Part shown: positions 35,305 to 45,818 of the stretch, one piece after another
Layout: every line of letters starts with the position of its first letter
Position numbering within the stretch: position 1 is the stretch's first letter
Position numbers and translations under genes: made by a program
The notes under the pieces: model-generated
What the model was told of the DNA's origin: nothing
Seen by the model: the letters and a program-made list of their open reading frames with translations, nothing else
Databases searched by the model: none
DNA from: Macrostomum lignano
Taxonomy: Eukaryota
Direction of reading: 5' to 3'
NCBI GenBank assembly: GCA_002269645.1
Contig: NIVC01001151.1
Location: 124,001-188,000, forward strand
Length of the DNA: 64,000 nt

Positions 35305-38300
35305 GTGAGAAACTGTGCTGCATCTGTCTGGCTCATGCAGATCCTTAAAGCACCCTGTTGTATCTATACTGCATATTGCAGTCAGCTGTGTGTACTGCAA
35401 TAGGCCCCTGTTGTATCAATACTGCATATTGCAGTCAGCTGTGTGTGTACTATAATAGGCCCCTGTTGTATCTATACTGCATATTGCAGTCAGCTGTGTG
35501 TGTACTACAATAGGCCCCTGTTGTATCAATACTGCATATTGCAGTCAGCTGTGTGTGTACTATAATAGGCCCCTGTTGTATCAATACTGCATATTGCAGT
35601 CAGCTGTGTGTGTACTATAATAGGCCCCTGTTGTATCTATACTGCATATTGCAGTCAGCTGTGTGTGTACTACAATAGGCCCCTGTTGTATCAATACTGC
35701 ATATTGCAGTCAGCTCTGTGTGTACTACAATAGGCCCCAGTTGTATCTATACTGCATATTGCAGTCAGCTGTGTGTACTATAATAGGCCCCTGTTGTATC
35801 CATACTGCATATTGCAGTCAGCTCTGTGTGTACTTCAATAGGCCCCTGTTGTATCTATACTGCATATTGCAGTCAGCTCTGTGTGTACTACAATAGGCCC
35901 CTGTTGTATCTATACTGCATATTGCAGTCAGCTCTGTGTACTACAATAGGCCTGCAGCCTACAGCAGCGGCGGAGGTAACAGTTTGAGTTTGCGAGATGA
36001 CTGCAGCTGTGAAGCTAACTAACCTCAGCTTAACTCTCTGATCTTGTAATTGCAGCTGCTGTTTATATGTTTGTCATCAATGACTCACTGCATAGCCGTA
36101 TGACTCATTTAGAAAACACTTTGAGTCTCACAAATTCAAAAAATTCACCCAATGACTTTGTCAGTTAAGGACCATATGACTCACTCAATGACCATATGAC
36201 TCACTCAATGACCATATGACTCTTTCAATGACCATATGACTCACTCAATGACCATATGACCCACTCAATGACCATATGACCCACTCAATGACCATATGAC
36301 TCACTCAATGATCATATGACTCACGTAATGCCTATATGACTCCTTCAATGACCATATGACTCACTCAATGATCATATGACCCACTCAATGACCATATGAC
36401 TCACTCAATGATCATATGACTCACGTAATGACTATATGACTCATTCAATTACCATATGACTCACTCAATGACCATATGACTCACTCAATGACCATATGAC
36501 CCACTCAATGATCATATGACTCACTCAATGATCATATGACTCACGTAATGACTATATGACTCATTCAATTACCATATGACTCACTCAATGATCATATGAC
36601 TCATTCAATGACCCAATGACCCATTAAATAACCATGAATGACTCACCCAATCATTACATAACTCAATAGCTCGTTAACCCTAGCCATTTGATAACTCACT
36701 TGTAAAGTGTAAACCAGCTGACGCACCCAATGACTCACTCAACTGCTATCTAACTGTCTCAGTGTTTCACTGTCTCTGACTCACTTCAATGACTTGCTGA
36801 CCCACTCACTGACTCATCGTGCAGCACTCCCCCCCATACGCAGCCAACAGCATACTCAGGTCAGCGCTGCAGCCTGCTCAATTGGCAGACAAACTTCAGA
36901 ATGCCCAATTCGACACGGGCAGCAGAGTCGGTGGCGACCGTCTGCCAGCAGTCGGTGGTGGCGCAGACGAGCTGCACAGACTGGCTCAGCACCTGCGGTT
37001 GGTGTACACCGTCACGGCTAACACCGATTCGGGGGCGGCTCGCACTCTGTTGTCATCCGGCTGGGAAATCCGTTTAAAACTCGGCTGGGAGCCGGAATCC
37101 GATGGAGAATGTACTTTTCATTGATGCACCCCGTTGTGCAGCACCAGACGGGTGGCGGCTGCGGCCGGAAGCTGCAGTTTATATTCAAGCACGTCAATGG
37201 CTACCTGCACTACCTGGAGCCGACGGGTGAGGCGGCCGCTGACGGCCTGCCACCTGGGGACGACTGTCTGATTGAGTACACTGGCAATGGCCACATTATT
37301 GGCAGGTGAGTGCTTAGAGTAGCTTGAAAAAATGGCATCGAATTCTGGCCATACTACTTACAGTAGAAATGCAAGAATATAGCACCGTATTTTAATTATC
37401 CTACTTACAGTAGAAATGCAAGACAATGGCACCGTATTTTAATTATCCTACCTTCAGTAGAAATGCAAGACAATAGCAACGTATTTTAATTATCCTACTT
37501 ACAGTAGAAATGCAAGACAATAGCACCGTATTTTAATTATCCTACTTACAGTAGAAATGCTTGACAAAAGCATCGTATTTTAATTATCCTACTTAGAGTA
37601 GGAATGCTTGACAAAAGAATCGTATTTTAATTATCCTACTTACAGTAGAAATGCAAGACAATGGCATCGTATTTTAATTATCCTACTTGCAGTAGAAATG
37701 CAAGACAATGGCATCGTATTTTAATTATCCTACTTTCAGTAGAAATGCAAGAAAAAATCCACAAAATCCGCTCACAGATACGACGCCTTCCCCAACTGGT
37801 ACCTGGTGCCTCTGATGCCGCCCAGTTACGAAGCCGAGTCGCCGCAGGCGGTTGTTGTCGAATGCACGGCCGGATTGGCCAATCAGTTCGTGGCGCCGCT
37901 CCTCACGCCGGCCCAGTTCAAACGAGGCCAGGCGGACGCGCACTCGCCTTGGACACCGGAGGAGAGAGAGCTGCGAAGGCTGGCCTACCTGGGCGGCAGG
38001 TGAGGCAGTCGGATTGGATGGGAGGCCTGCCGGCTTTGCAGTGGGGCACTGGTTACTCAATTATCCCCTGGTTACTGTGGGATTCGAACCCCGGACGTCC
38101 CGTGGGTTACCTTCGCTTGTCCATGACGGGATCTTTCACCTCCGCTCTCTCACCCTCTCTGATCTCTCACCCTCGACTCTCACCCTCCCTGCTCTCTCAC
38201 CCTCTACTCACCCTCTGCTCTCACCCTCTGCTCTTCCTCTCTCTCTACCCAACCTCAAGACTCGGACCCCCAACCGCACGACTCAAAACCCCCCACCGCA

Positions 38301-41300
38301 AGACTCAAACTCCCAACCGCGAGACTCGAACCCCCAACCGCAAGATTCGAACCCCCAACCGCAAGACTCGAACCCCCAACCGCAATACTCGAACCCCCAA
38401 CCGCAGGACTCGAACTCCAACCGCAAGATTCAAACCCCCAACCGCAAGATTCGAACCCCCAACCGCAGGATTCAAACCCCAACCGCAAGACTCGAACCCC
38501 AACCGCAAGACTCGAACCCCCAAACGCAAGACTCGAACCCCCAACCGACTCCAGAGAGGCGCCGGCGCCCTCCAAGTCCGCGCCGCCGCCGCGCCTGGTC
38601 CCGGCGCCAATCCACGTGCAGCCGCTGCCGCCCGGACAGCTCAGGCTGCCCCTGGCCGGGCTGCTGCTGGCCGCCAGAATCCGAAGCGAAGTCGGCTGCG
38701 ACTCGGCCGAGCTCACCTTGGCCTACCTTGAGGAGCGGAGGAAGGCCCTGTCCCCAGCCTCATCAGCGGCAGCTGAGCCCATAGACATCTCGCTGTGCGC
38801 CAGGCCTGAGGAGGCGGCCCTGACGGCAGCGCTGGCCAGCACAAAGCAGCCGGCTCTGCTCCAGTTCCAGCGCAGGTGGGCCTATCTGCTCAGATTCCAC
38901 CCGACAAGGCGGCGACTCGAGCTTCGAGCATTCGCTGCCGAAGGCCTGTTCGCCGCTGCCCAGACTCTGCTGGCCCTGCTACACGATCCCGGGCCTCCGC
39001 TGAGCGTTCGCTCCGTGCTGGATTATCCGAGATTTGAGTACCGCGGACTCATGCTAGACGTGGCCAGGAACATGCAGCCTCTGCCTGTGCTGCTCAAGAT
39101 CCTTGACGTCATGGCCATGTACAAGCTCAACAAGCTGCACCTGCACCTGTCCGATGATGAGGGACTTCGGCTGCCCATCACCGACGCCTTCAAGCTGGCG
39201 AGCAGGCGGTGCCACGACCCCAGCGGGAAGCTGTGCCTGCCGCCTCAGCTGGGATCGCATCCCACCGATGGGAGACCGCCTGGGGTTGGGTACTACAGCT
39301 CTACTGAGTATGCCCAGCTGCTCAAGTATGCTGCCGACAGGTTCATTGAGGTCATTCCTGAGGTCAGTGCTCTCTGTTTATACCACTGATCCCCATTACT
39401 ATACCACTGATCCCCATCATCATCCCACTAATCCTTATCATTATCCCTCTGATCCCCATCATTATCCCACTGATCCCCATCATTATCCCCCTGCATCCCC
39501 ATCATTATTTTTAGTATCTCCATCCCCCAACATCCCCACCAACCCCACACCCAGCATCCCCATCAATCCCACACCCAGCATCCCCATCAATCCCACACCC
39601 AGCATCCCCATCAATCCCACACCCAGCATCCCCATCAATCCCACACCCAGCATCCCCATCAATCCCACACCCAGCATCCCCATCAATCCCAAACCCAGCA
39701 TCCCCATCAACCTCACACCCAGCATCCCCATCAATCCCACACCCAGCATCCCCATCAATCCCACACCCAGCATCCCCATTAATCCCACACCCAGCATCCC
39801 CATCAATCCCACACCCAGCATCCCCATCAATCCCACACCCAGCATCCCCATCAATCCCACACCCAGCATCCCCATCTCCATCACCAGGTGGACATGCCAG
39901 CCCACGCCCACTCGCTGATCGCAGCCCACCGCCACCGAGCTCAGCTCACGGACCCCGGAGACCCCAGCAGGCCCGTCAGCGTGCAGAACTACTTCAACAA
40001 CAGCCTGAACCCCTGCATGCCGGACACCCAGCAGCTGGTGCGCAGAGTGGTATCTGACCTGGTCCGCCTGCACTCCCTGGCCGGCGTCCCGCTGAGCACC
40101 TTTAACTTTGGTGGCGACGAGCCCCCCGGAGACGCGTGGCAGGCCTCTCCAGCCTGCCAGCGACTGGGCCTGGGCAGCAGGGACTCCATCAACCGGCTGT
40201 TCTTGAGGACAGTGGCAGAGCAGGCCGGCAGCCACGGGCTGTCTCTGATGGGCTGGGAAGACGGCTACGTTGTCAAGGACTCGGACAAGAGGCCGTACAA
40301 CCTCACTGAAGTTCTTGCGACTGCGGACCGGCGGCCTAACGGGTCTCTGGTGCTGAGCTGGCTGAACCAGATGGCATGGGGCTCTGGGGACCTGGCATAC
40401 AAGTTTGCCAACCAGGGGTACAAGGTGAGCGGCATTTATGTTTGGTGACCGGCCTCCCAGATCCTCAGTTGCTGGGCTAGCCTCCCAGATCCTCAGTTGC
40501 TGGGCTAGCCTCCCAGATCCTCAGTTGCTGGGCCAGCCTCCCAGATCCTCAGTTGCTGGCGCAGCCTCCCAGATCCTCAGTTGCTGGCGCAGCCTCCCAG
40601 ATCCTCAGTTGCTGGGGCCAGCCTCCCAGATCCTCAGTTGCTGGCGCAGCCTCCCAGATCCTCAGTTGCTGGGCCAGCCTCCCAGATCCTCAGTTGCTGG
40701 GCCAGCCTCCCAGATACTCAGTTGCTGGGCCAGCCTCCCAGATCCTCAGTTGCTGGGCCAGCCTCCCAGATCCTCAGTTGCTGGGGCCAGCCTCCCAGAT
40801 CCTCAGTTGCTGGCGCAGCCTCCCAGATCCTCAGTTGCTGGGCCAGCCTCCCAGATCCTCAGTTGCTGAGCCAGCCTCCCAGATCCTCAGTTGCTGAGCC
40901 AGCCTCCCAGATCCTGAGTTGCTGTGCCAGCCTCCCAGATCCTCAGCCAGCCGAAATCCCCAGCTCACGAACTCAGCTCACCACCCCTCCGCAGGTGGTG
41001 CTGGCGCACGCCACCCACCTGTACCTGGACCACCAGCAGGAGCCGGATCCCGAGGAGCGCGGTCTCTACTGGGCCACGCGGTTCATCGACCTGCGCAAGG
41101 CGTTCTCGTATGACGCGGCCGACATCTACGCCAACATGCAGGAGGACATCATGGGGCAGCCGGTGAGCGGCCGAAAGACTGGGACTTCGGGACTGGGACT
41201 TCAGGACTGAGACTTCGGGATAGGGATTTCGGGACTGGGATATCGGGACTGAAAGTTCGGGACTGGGATATCGGGACTGGAATTTCGGGACTGGGATTTC

Positions 41301-43231
41301 AGGACTGGGATTTCGGGACTGGGATTTCGTGACTGCAATTTCAGGACTGAGTTTCAGGACTGGGATTTCGGGACTGGGATTTCGTGACTGGAATTTCAGG
41401 ACTGGGATTTCGGGACTGGGATATCGGGACTGGAATTTCGGGACTGGGATTTCGTGACTGGGATTTCAGGACTGGGATTTCGGGACTGGGATTTCGTGAC
41501 TGGAATTTCAGGACTGGGATTTCGGGACTGGGATTTTGGGACTGGGATTTCGGGACTGGGACTTCAGGACTGAGACTTTGGGATAGGGATTTCGGGATTG
41601 GGATATCGAGACTGAAAATTCGGGACTGGGATTTTGGGACTGGGGTTTCGAGACTGGGATTTTGGGACTGGAATTTCGGGACTGGGATTTTGGGACTGGG
41701 ATTTCAGGACTGGGATTTCGGGACTGGAATTTCGTGACTGGGATTTCGGGACTGGGATTTCGGGACTGGAATTTTGAGACTACGCTTCGAGACTCACGCC
41801 AAGTGCCGCACCATCCCAGGTGGACGTGAAGGCCACCTGCTCGCAGCGCGGAGGCTGCGCCAGTCTCCATCAGCCCGGCAACATCATTGGCCTGAGCGGC
41901 GCTCTGTGGGGCGAGACTCTGCAGGCGGAGCAGCTGGCCCTCCCAATGCTGCTGCCGCGGCTGCTGGCTGTGGCCGAGCGGGCCTGGCACCGCGCCAGCT
42001 GGGAGGCCGCCAAGGACCCGCCGGCCCTGAGAGATGCGCTGCTGGCCGCTGACTGGGCCGCCTTCGTTGACGCGGTGAGCAGGCGGGAGCTGTCGCGGCT
42101 GTCCCGTCTGAGGATTCCGTTCAGCCTGCCGCCGCCTGCGGCTCTGCGCAGCCCGGCGTCCGGGAGGGTCCGCCTGAGCCACCAGATGCCGCACAATGTC
42201 CGCCTGCTGTACGCCTTTGCGGGCTCCGGCAGGGGCGAGCATTGGGAGGAGGCGGCGAGGCACGGGGACGAGGTTGCTGTGCCTGATGGAGCAGTGAGGA
42301 TGCTGCTGAAGGCTGGGTGAGTGATCTGCTGGTTGCTGTGCCTGATGGAGCAGTGAGGCTGGATGCTGCTGAAGGCTGGGTGAGTGATCTGCTGGTTTCT
42401 GTGCCTGATGGAGCAGTGAGGCTGGATGCTGCTGAAGGCTGGGTGAGTGATCTGCTGGTTTCTGTGCCTGATGGAGCAGTGAGGCTGGATGCTGCTGAAG
42501 GCTGGGTGAGTGATCTGCTGGTTGCTGTGCCTGATGGAGCAGTGAGGCTGGATGCTGCTGAAGGCTGGGTGAGTGATCTGCTGGTTGCTGTGCCTGATGG
42601 AGCAGTGAGGCTGGGTGAGTGATCTGCTGGTTGCTGTGCCTGATGGAGCAGTGAGGCTGCTGCTGCTGAAGGCTGGGTGAGTGATCTGCTGGTTTCTGTG
42701 CTTGATGGAGCGGTGATCGATTTCGGTTATTCATTATCGATTTCGGTTATCCATTATCGATTTCGGTTATCCATTATCGATTTCGGTTTAACTATTATCG
42801 ATTTCGGTTATCAATTATGGATTTCGGATATCCATTATCGATTTCGGTTGTTAATTATCGATTTCGGTTGTTAATTATCGATTTCGGTTGTTAATTATCG
42901 ATTTCGGTTGTTAATTATCGATTTAGTTGATCAATTATCGATCGGGATCACTAACGCTCTCTCCCGCTCCCTCCACGCCAGCTTCGGGGACCCCGGCAAC
43001 CGCCATGAGAGCTACATCGAGAGTCGCACCGTCCAGCTGCCGCTGACGGCTTCATCAGCCTCCGGCCAGCTTCTCCACGAGCCCGGCCGGCCGCCATCGG
43101 CGAATGGCGTCGAAGGGGCGGCCAAGTCGACGGCCCTGCGCTGGCTGCTGCTGCTGCTGCTGGCAGCGGCTGCTGCCGGCCTCGCCTGCCTCGCCTGCTG
43201 CTGGGCCAGCCTGCCTTCGAGAGGCTCCTGA
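35193..43231 (+). CDS. Chitobiase-type GH20 beta-N-acetylhexosaminidase (CHB_HEX N domain, GH20b, GH20 catalytic, C-terminal domain), 8 exons, ~1,018 aa
   Basis: Exons 35193-35304, 36844-37305, 37778-37999, 38555-39362, 39888-40424, 40995-41162, 41820-42316, 42982-43231, all phase-consistent; one -1 frameshift at ~37107. Motifs: DYPRFEYRGLMLDVARN, NKLHLHLSDDEG, IPE|VDMPAHA, FGGDE, GLSGALWGET, PRLLAVAERAW. Hydrophobic N-terminal anchor and C-terminal tail. Confidence 0.88.
35352..35950. repeat. 53-55-bp minisatellite CCCCTGTTGTATCAATACTGCATATTGCAGTCAGCTGTGTGTGTACTATAATAGG
   Basis: Direct inspection. Confidence 0.93.
36172..36625. repeat. 20-bp minisatellite ATGACCATATGACTCACTCA
   Basis: Direct inspection. 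Confidence 0.92.
36844..37305 (+). CDS. Hexosaminidase exon 2: CHB_HEX N-terminal domain (frameshift ~37107)
   Basis: LAQHLRLVYTVTAN...GW, then MYFSLMHP...FKHVNGYLHYLEPTG; AG|gtgagt. Confidence 0.8.
37355..37752. repeat. 47-bp minisatellite CGTATTTTAATTATCCTACTTACAGTAGAAATGCAAGACAATAGCAC
   Basis: Direct inspection. Confidence 0.92.
37778..37999 (+). CDS. Hexosaminidase exon 3
   Basis: ctcacag|A phase 2; RYDAFPNWYL; AG|gtgagg. Confidence 0.85.
38268..38547. repeat. 21-bp minisatellite GACTCGAACCCCCAACCGCAA
   Basis: Direct inspection; minus strand carries GGTTCGAGTC per unit. Confidence 0.9.
38555..39362 (+). CDS. Hexosaminidase exon 4: GH20b + start of catalytic barrel
   Basis: RLVPAP...DYPRFEYRGLMLDVARN...IEVIPE|gtcagt. 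Confidence 0.93.
39530..39875. repeat. 24-bp minisatellite CCCACACCCAGCATCCCCATCAAT
   Basis: Direct inspection. Confidence 0.93.
39888..40424 (+). CDS. Hexosaminidase exon 5: catalytic D-E
   Basis: caccag|VDMPAHA; FNFGGDE (D 40116, E 40119); AAG|gtgagc. Confidence 0.93.
40452..40945 (+). repeat. 28-bp minisatellite family A
   Basis: Same unit as 7830-8418. Confidence 0.93.
40995..41162 (+). CDS. Hexosaminidase exon 6
   Basis: ccgcag|VVLAHATHLYLDHQQEPDPEERGLYWATRF; CCG|gtgagc. Confidence 0.9.
41178..41780. repeat. 14-bp GGGATTTCGGGACT array
   Basis: Direct inspection; G3 tracts on plus strand. Confidence 0.93.
41820..42316 (+). CDS. Hexosaminidase exon 7
   Basis: atcccag|VDVK...GLSGALWGET...AERAW; GG|gtgagt phase 2. 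Confidence 0.9.
42272..42712 (+). repeat. 63-bp array spanning an exon-intron junction (7 GG|GTGAGT donors)
   Basis: Unit GGTTGCTGTGCCTGATGGAGCAGTGAGGCTGGATGCTGCTGAAGGCTGGGTGAGTGATCTGCT. Confidence 0.92.
42717..42925. repeat. 20-bp ATCGATTTCGGTTGTTAATT array
   Basis: Direct inspection. Confidence 0.9.
42982..43231 (+). CDS. Hexosaminidase exon 8: C-terminal strand + hydrophobic (GPI/TM-like) tail
   Basis: cacgccag|C phase 2; GFGDPGNRH...SRTVQLP...WLLLLLLAAAAAGLACLACCW; TGA 43229-43231. Confidence 0.8.
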
Positions 43232-43319
43232 CCACACCTGACCTTTGCCTGGCTTTTGTTGGCCTCTGGGGCTCGTCTGTGACCTGGCATGACCTTTGAC
43301 TGGCGTGACTGACTGACTG

Positions 43320-43530
43320 ATTGGTTGATTGGGCTTGACCTCATATGACCTTTGACTGGTTCATGTTGATTGGGCTTGACCTCACATGACCCTTGACTGG
43401 CTCATGTTAATTGGGCTTGACCTCACATGACCTTTGACTGGCTCATGTTGATTGAGCTTGACCTCATATGACCCTTGACTGGCTCATGTTAATTGAGCTC
43501 TGGAGCTCGCCCTTGACCTCAAATGACCTT
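43320..43530. repeat. 41-bp array GTTGATTGGGCTTGACCTCACATGACCCTTGACTGGCTCAT, ~5 copies
   Basis: Direct inspection. Confidence 0.85.
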
Positions 43531-44203
43531 TCTCTACCAACAGGAGTTTACATACGAGGCTCATGATCTGAATTGACCTTGACCTGGTTTGACCCTGTCT
43601 CTGTCCGACCCCTGACCATCTGTGACCCGCCGCAGCCCCCACAGTGTACTCGAGACTGTAGCGACATTCCACTGCTTCACTTTGGTTTTTACTCAATATT
43701 TCTGCAGAAATGTCGCTTTTGAACCAAACCGACAGGTTTTTATCTGTAAAAATTAATTATGATGCACTTTTTAGAAATATTTTACTGACCTTATTGATAT
43801 TATTATTTCAATATTTCAAGCTTCTGTTCAAAGAGCCAGTTAAAATTATCAATCATATTTCTTTCATTCTCTTCGATTGGCTCCATTTCTGCTGAAACAG
43901 AAATCATTTCATTCGCTTTTTGTCAGCTATTTCTGCTGTGCAAAAATTATTTCGGAAGCAAAATGCGGTACATGCTACTGGCTTGTTGCTTTTAATCCGA
44001 GTTTCTGACCGTGTTTTTAATTAGTAACTTTTTGTGTGCTTTTTGTTTAACCTTGCTTATCTCGATAAACAACACCGGAAGATTCAGTGCGCACACATTC
44101 AAACAAAATTTTGATTTTTACGAAGTACTTGTAGTTGTAATGAATGTCCAAATCCCCAAGGATGTTGAGCTTCTCCATCACACACAAAATATACAGCATC
44201 TCT

Positions 44204-44307
44204 GTTGCTATGGCAACTATAGCCACAACGAAAAAAATTGCTTTTACAGGCTTTGTTAGTCAGTTGCTATGGAAACTACTTATGCAATAGGCTGGTTGCT
44301 AAGTAAC
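44204..44307. promoter_or_regulatory. Cluster of three RFX X-boxes
   Basis: GTTGCTATGGCAAC 44204-44217, GTTGCTATGGAAAC 44263-44276, GTTGCTAAGTAAC 44295-44307. Confidence 0.65.
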
Positions 44308-44364
44308 CAGTCAGAAGTCTCTGGATTGCTTCTGATTGACGAACTTGAAAGACTGAGCGCACCG

Positions 44365-45012
44365 CACAAATTGTACCAAAGCTTGCAGTCACAAACATGT
44401 GCAAATTGTACCAAAACTTGCAGTCACAAACGTGCAAATTGTACCAAAGCTTGCAGTCACAAACATGTGCAAATTGTACCAAAGCTTGCAGTCACAAACA
44501 TGTGCAAATTGTACCAAAGCTTGCAGCCACAAACATGTGCAAATTGTACCAAAACTTGCAGTCACAAACGTGCAAATTGTACCAAAGCTTGCAGTCACAA
44601 ACATGTGCAAATTGTACCAAAGCTTGCAGTAACAAACGTGCAAATTGTACCAAAGCTTGCAGTCACAAACGTGCAAATTGTACCAAAGCTTGCAGTCACA
44701 AACGTGCAAATTGTACCAAAGCTTGCAGTCACAAACATGTGCAAATTGTACCAAAGCTTGCAGTCACAAACGTGCAAATTGTACCAAAGCTTGCAGTCAC
44801 AAACGTGCAAATTGTTCCAAAGCTTGCAGTCACAAACATGTGCAAATTGTACCAAAGCTTGCAGTAACAAACGTGCAAATTGTACCAAAGCTTGCAGTCA
44901 CAAACATGTGCAAATTGTACCAAAGCTTGCAGTCACAAACATGTGCAAATTGTACCAAAGCTTGCAGTCACAAACATGTGCAAATTGTACCAAAGCTTGC
45001 AGCCACAAACAT
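44365..45012. repeat. 33/35-bp minisatellite GTCACAAAC(AT)GTGCAAATTGTACCAAAGCTTGCA
   Basis: Direct inspection. Confidence 0.94.
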
Positions 45013-45818
45013 GTTGTGCATTGGCGAGATGGAAGCTTTCAGATTTTTATCACTGAGTGTCGACTGTCGGGAAATTCTGTCTTAAAATACTTGTCCATGT
45101 ACTTCTGTATATCGCCCTCGGGTGTTTTTCCGTCCCTTCCCTGTGTGCCTGGCCTTGTTTTGTCTCTCCCAAAACCAGCAGAATATTTTTCTACATGCCC
45201 CGACTAAATTGAACCCAGGTAAGATTTCACAACAATCGAGATCAACCTCGTTCGCTGCACTATTAAAAAGCTTAGATCGACTAGTTTATCAGCTCATTTT
45301 ATCTGAATTCGTCTGCTCGTCTTCGGGGGTCCGCTGAGCTTATTCGCTTCGTCAGCTCTGAGTTTTGGTCATCCATTTTCAGTCTTCTCAGCAGGATATG
45401 CGTCTGCTCGGATCTGGTCTCTTCATTTGTCTTGTTTCGCTGGATTTCGTGCTGGACGGTCTCAGCTTCTCTTCGTGGTCAAGGCTTCAGACTCCGCGTT
45501 CACTCAGGACTCAGGACTCAGGACGGACTGGGCAGCAACCTGAAGAAGAAATCGATTCCTCCTAAAGCTAAGTTTTCGTTTGGAGCTGTTTTCATTTTAC
45601 TGTGCTGTTCAAGTTTCAAATCATTTATTGATGCCTTTCTACTCATTGCATTTGCTAAATTACATTCGCTTTTGCTAAAACACCCGTATAGATTTTCACT
45701 CTGCCATTTTGCTTGCGGGTTCCTCATACAGATAAACTTCCCTTTGCTGTGCATGGGTCCTATTGCACTCCCCTCTGAACTCTCTATTTCTTGCTGTGTG
45801 GTTGCTGCTCGTTGCTGC

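Noticed and set aside
45280-45560. Charged, coding-looking stretch on the minus strand (EAETVQHEIQRNK...)
   Set aside because: Short, bounded by stops, no recognisable motif or consistent splice sites
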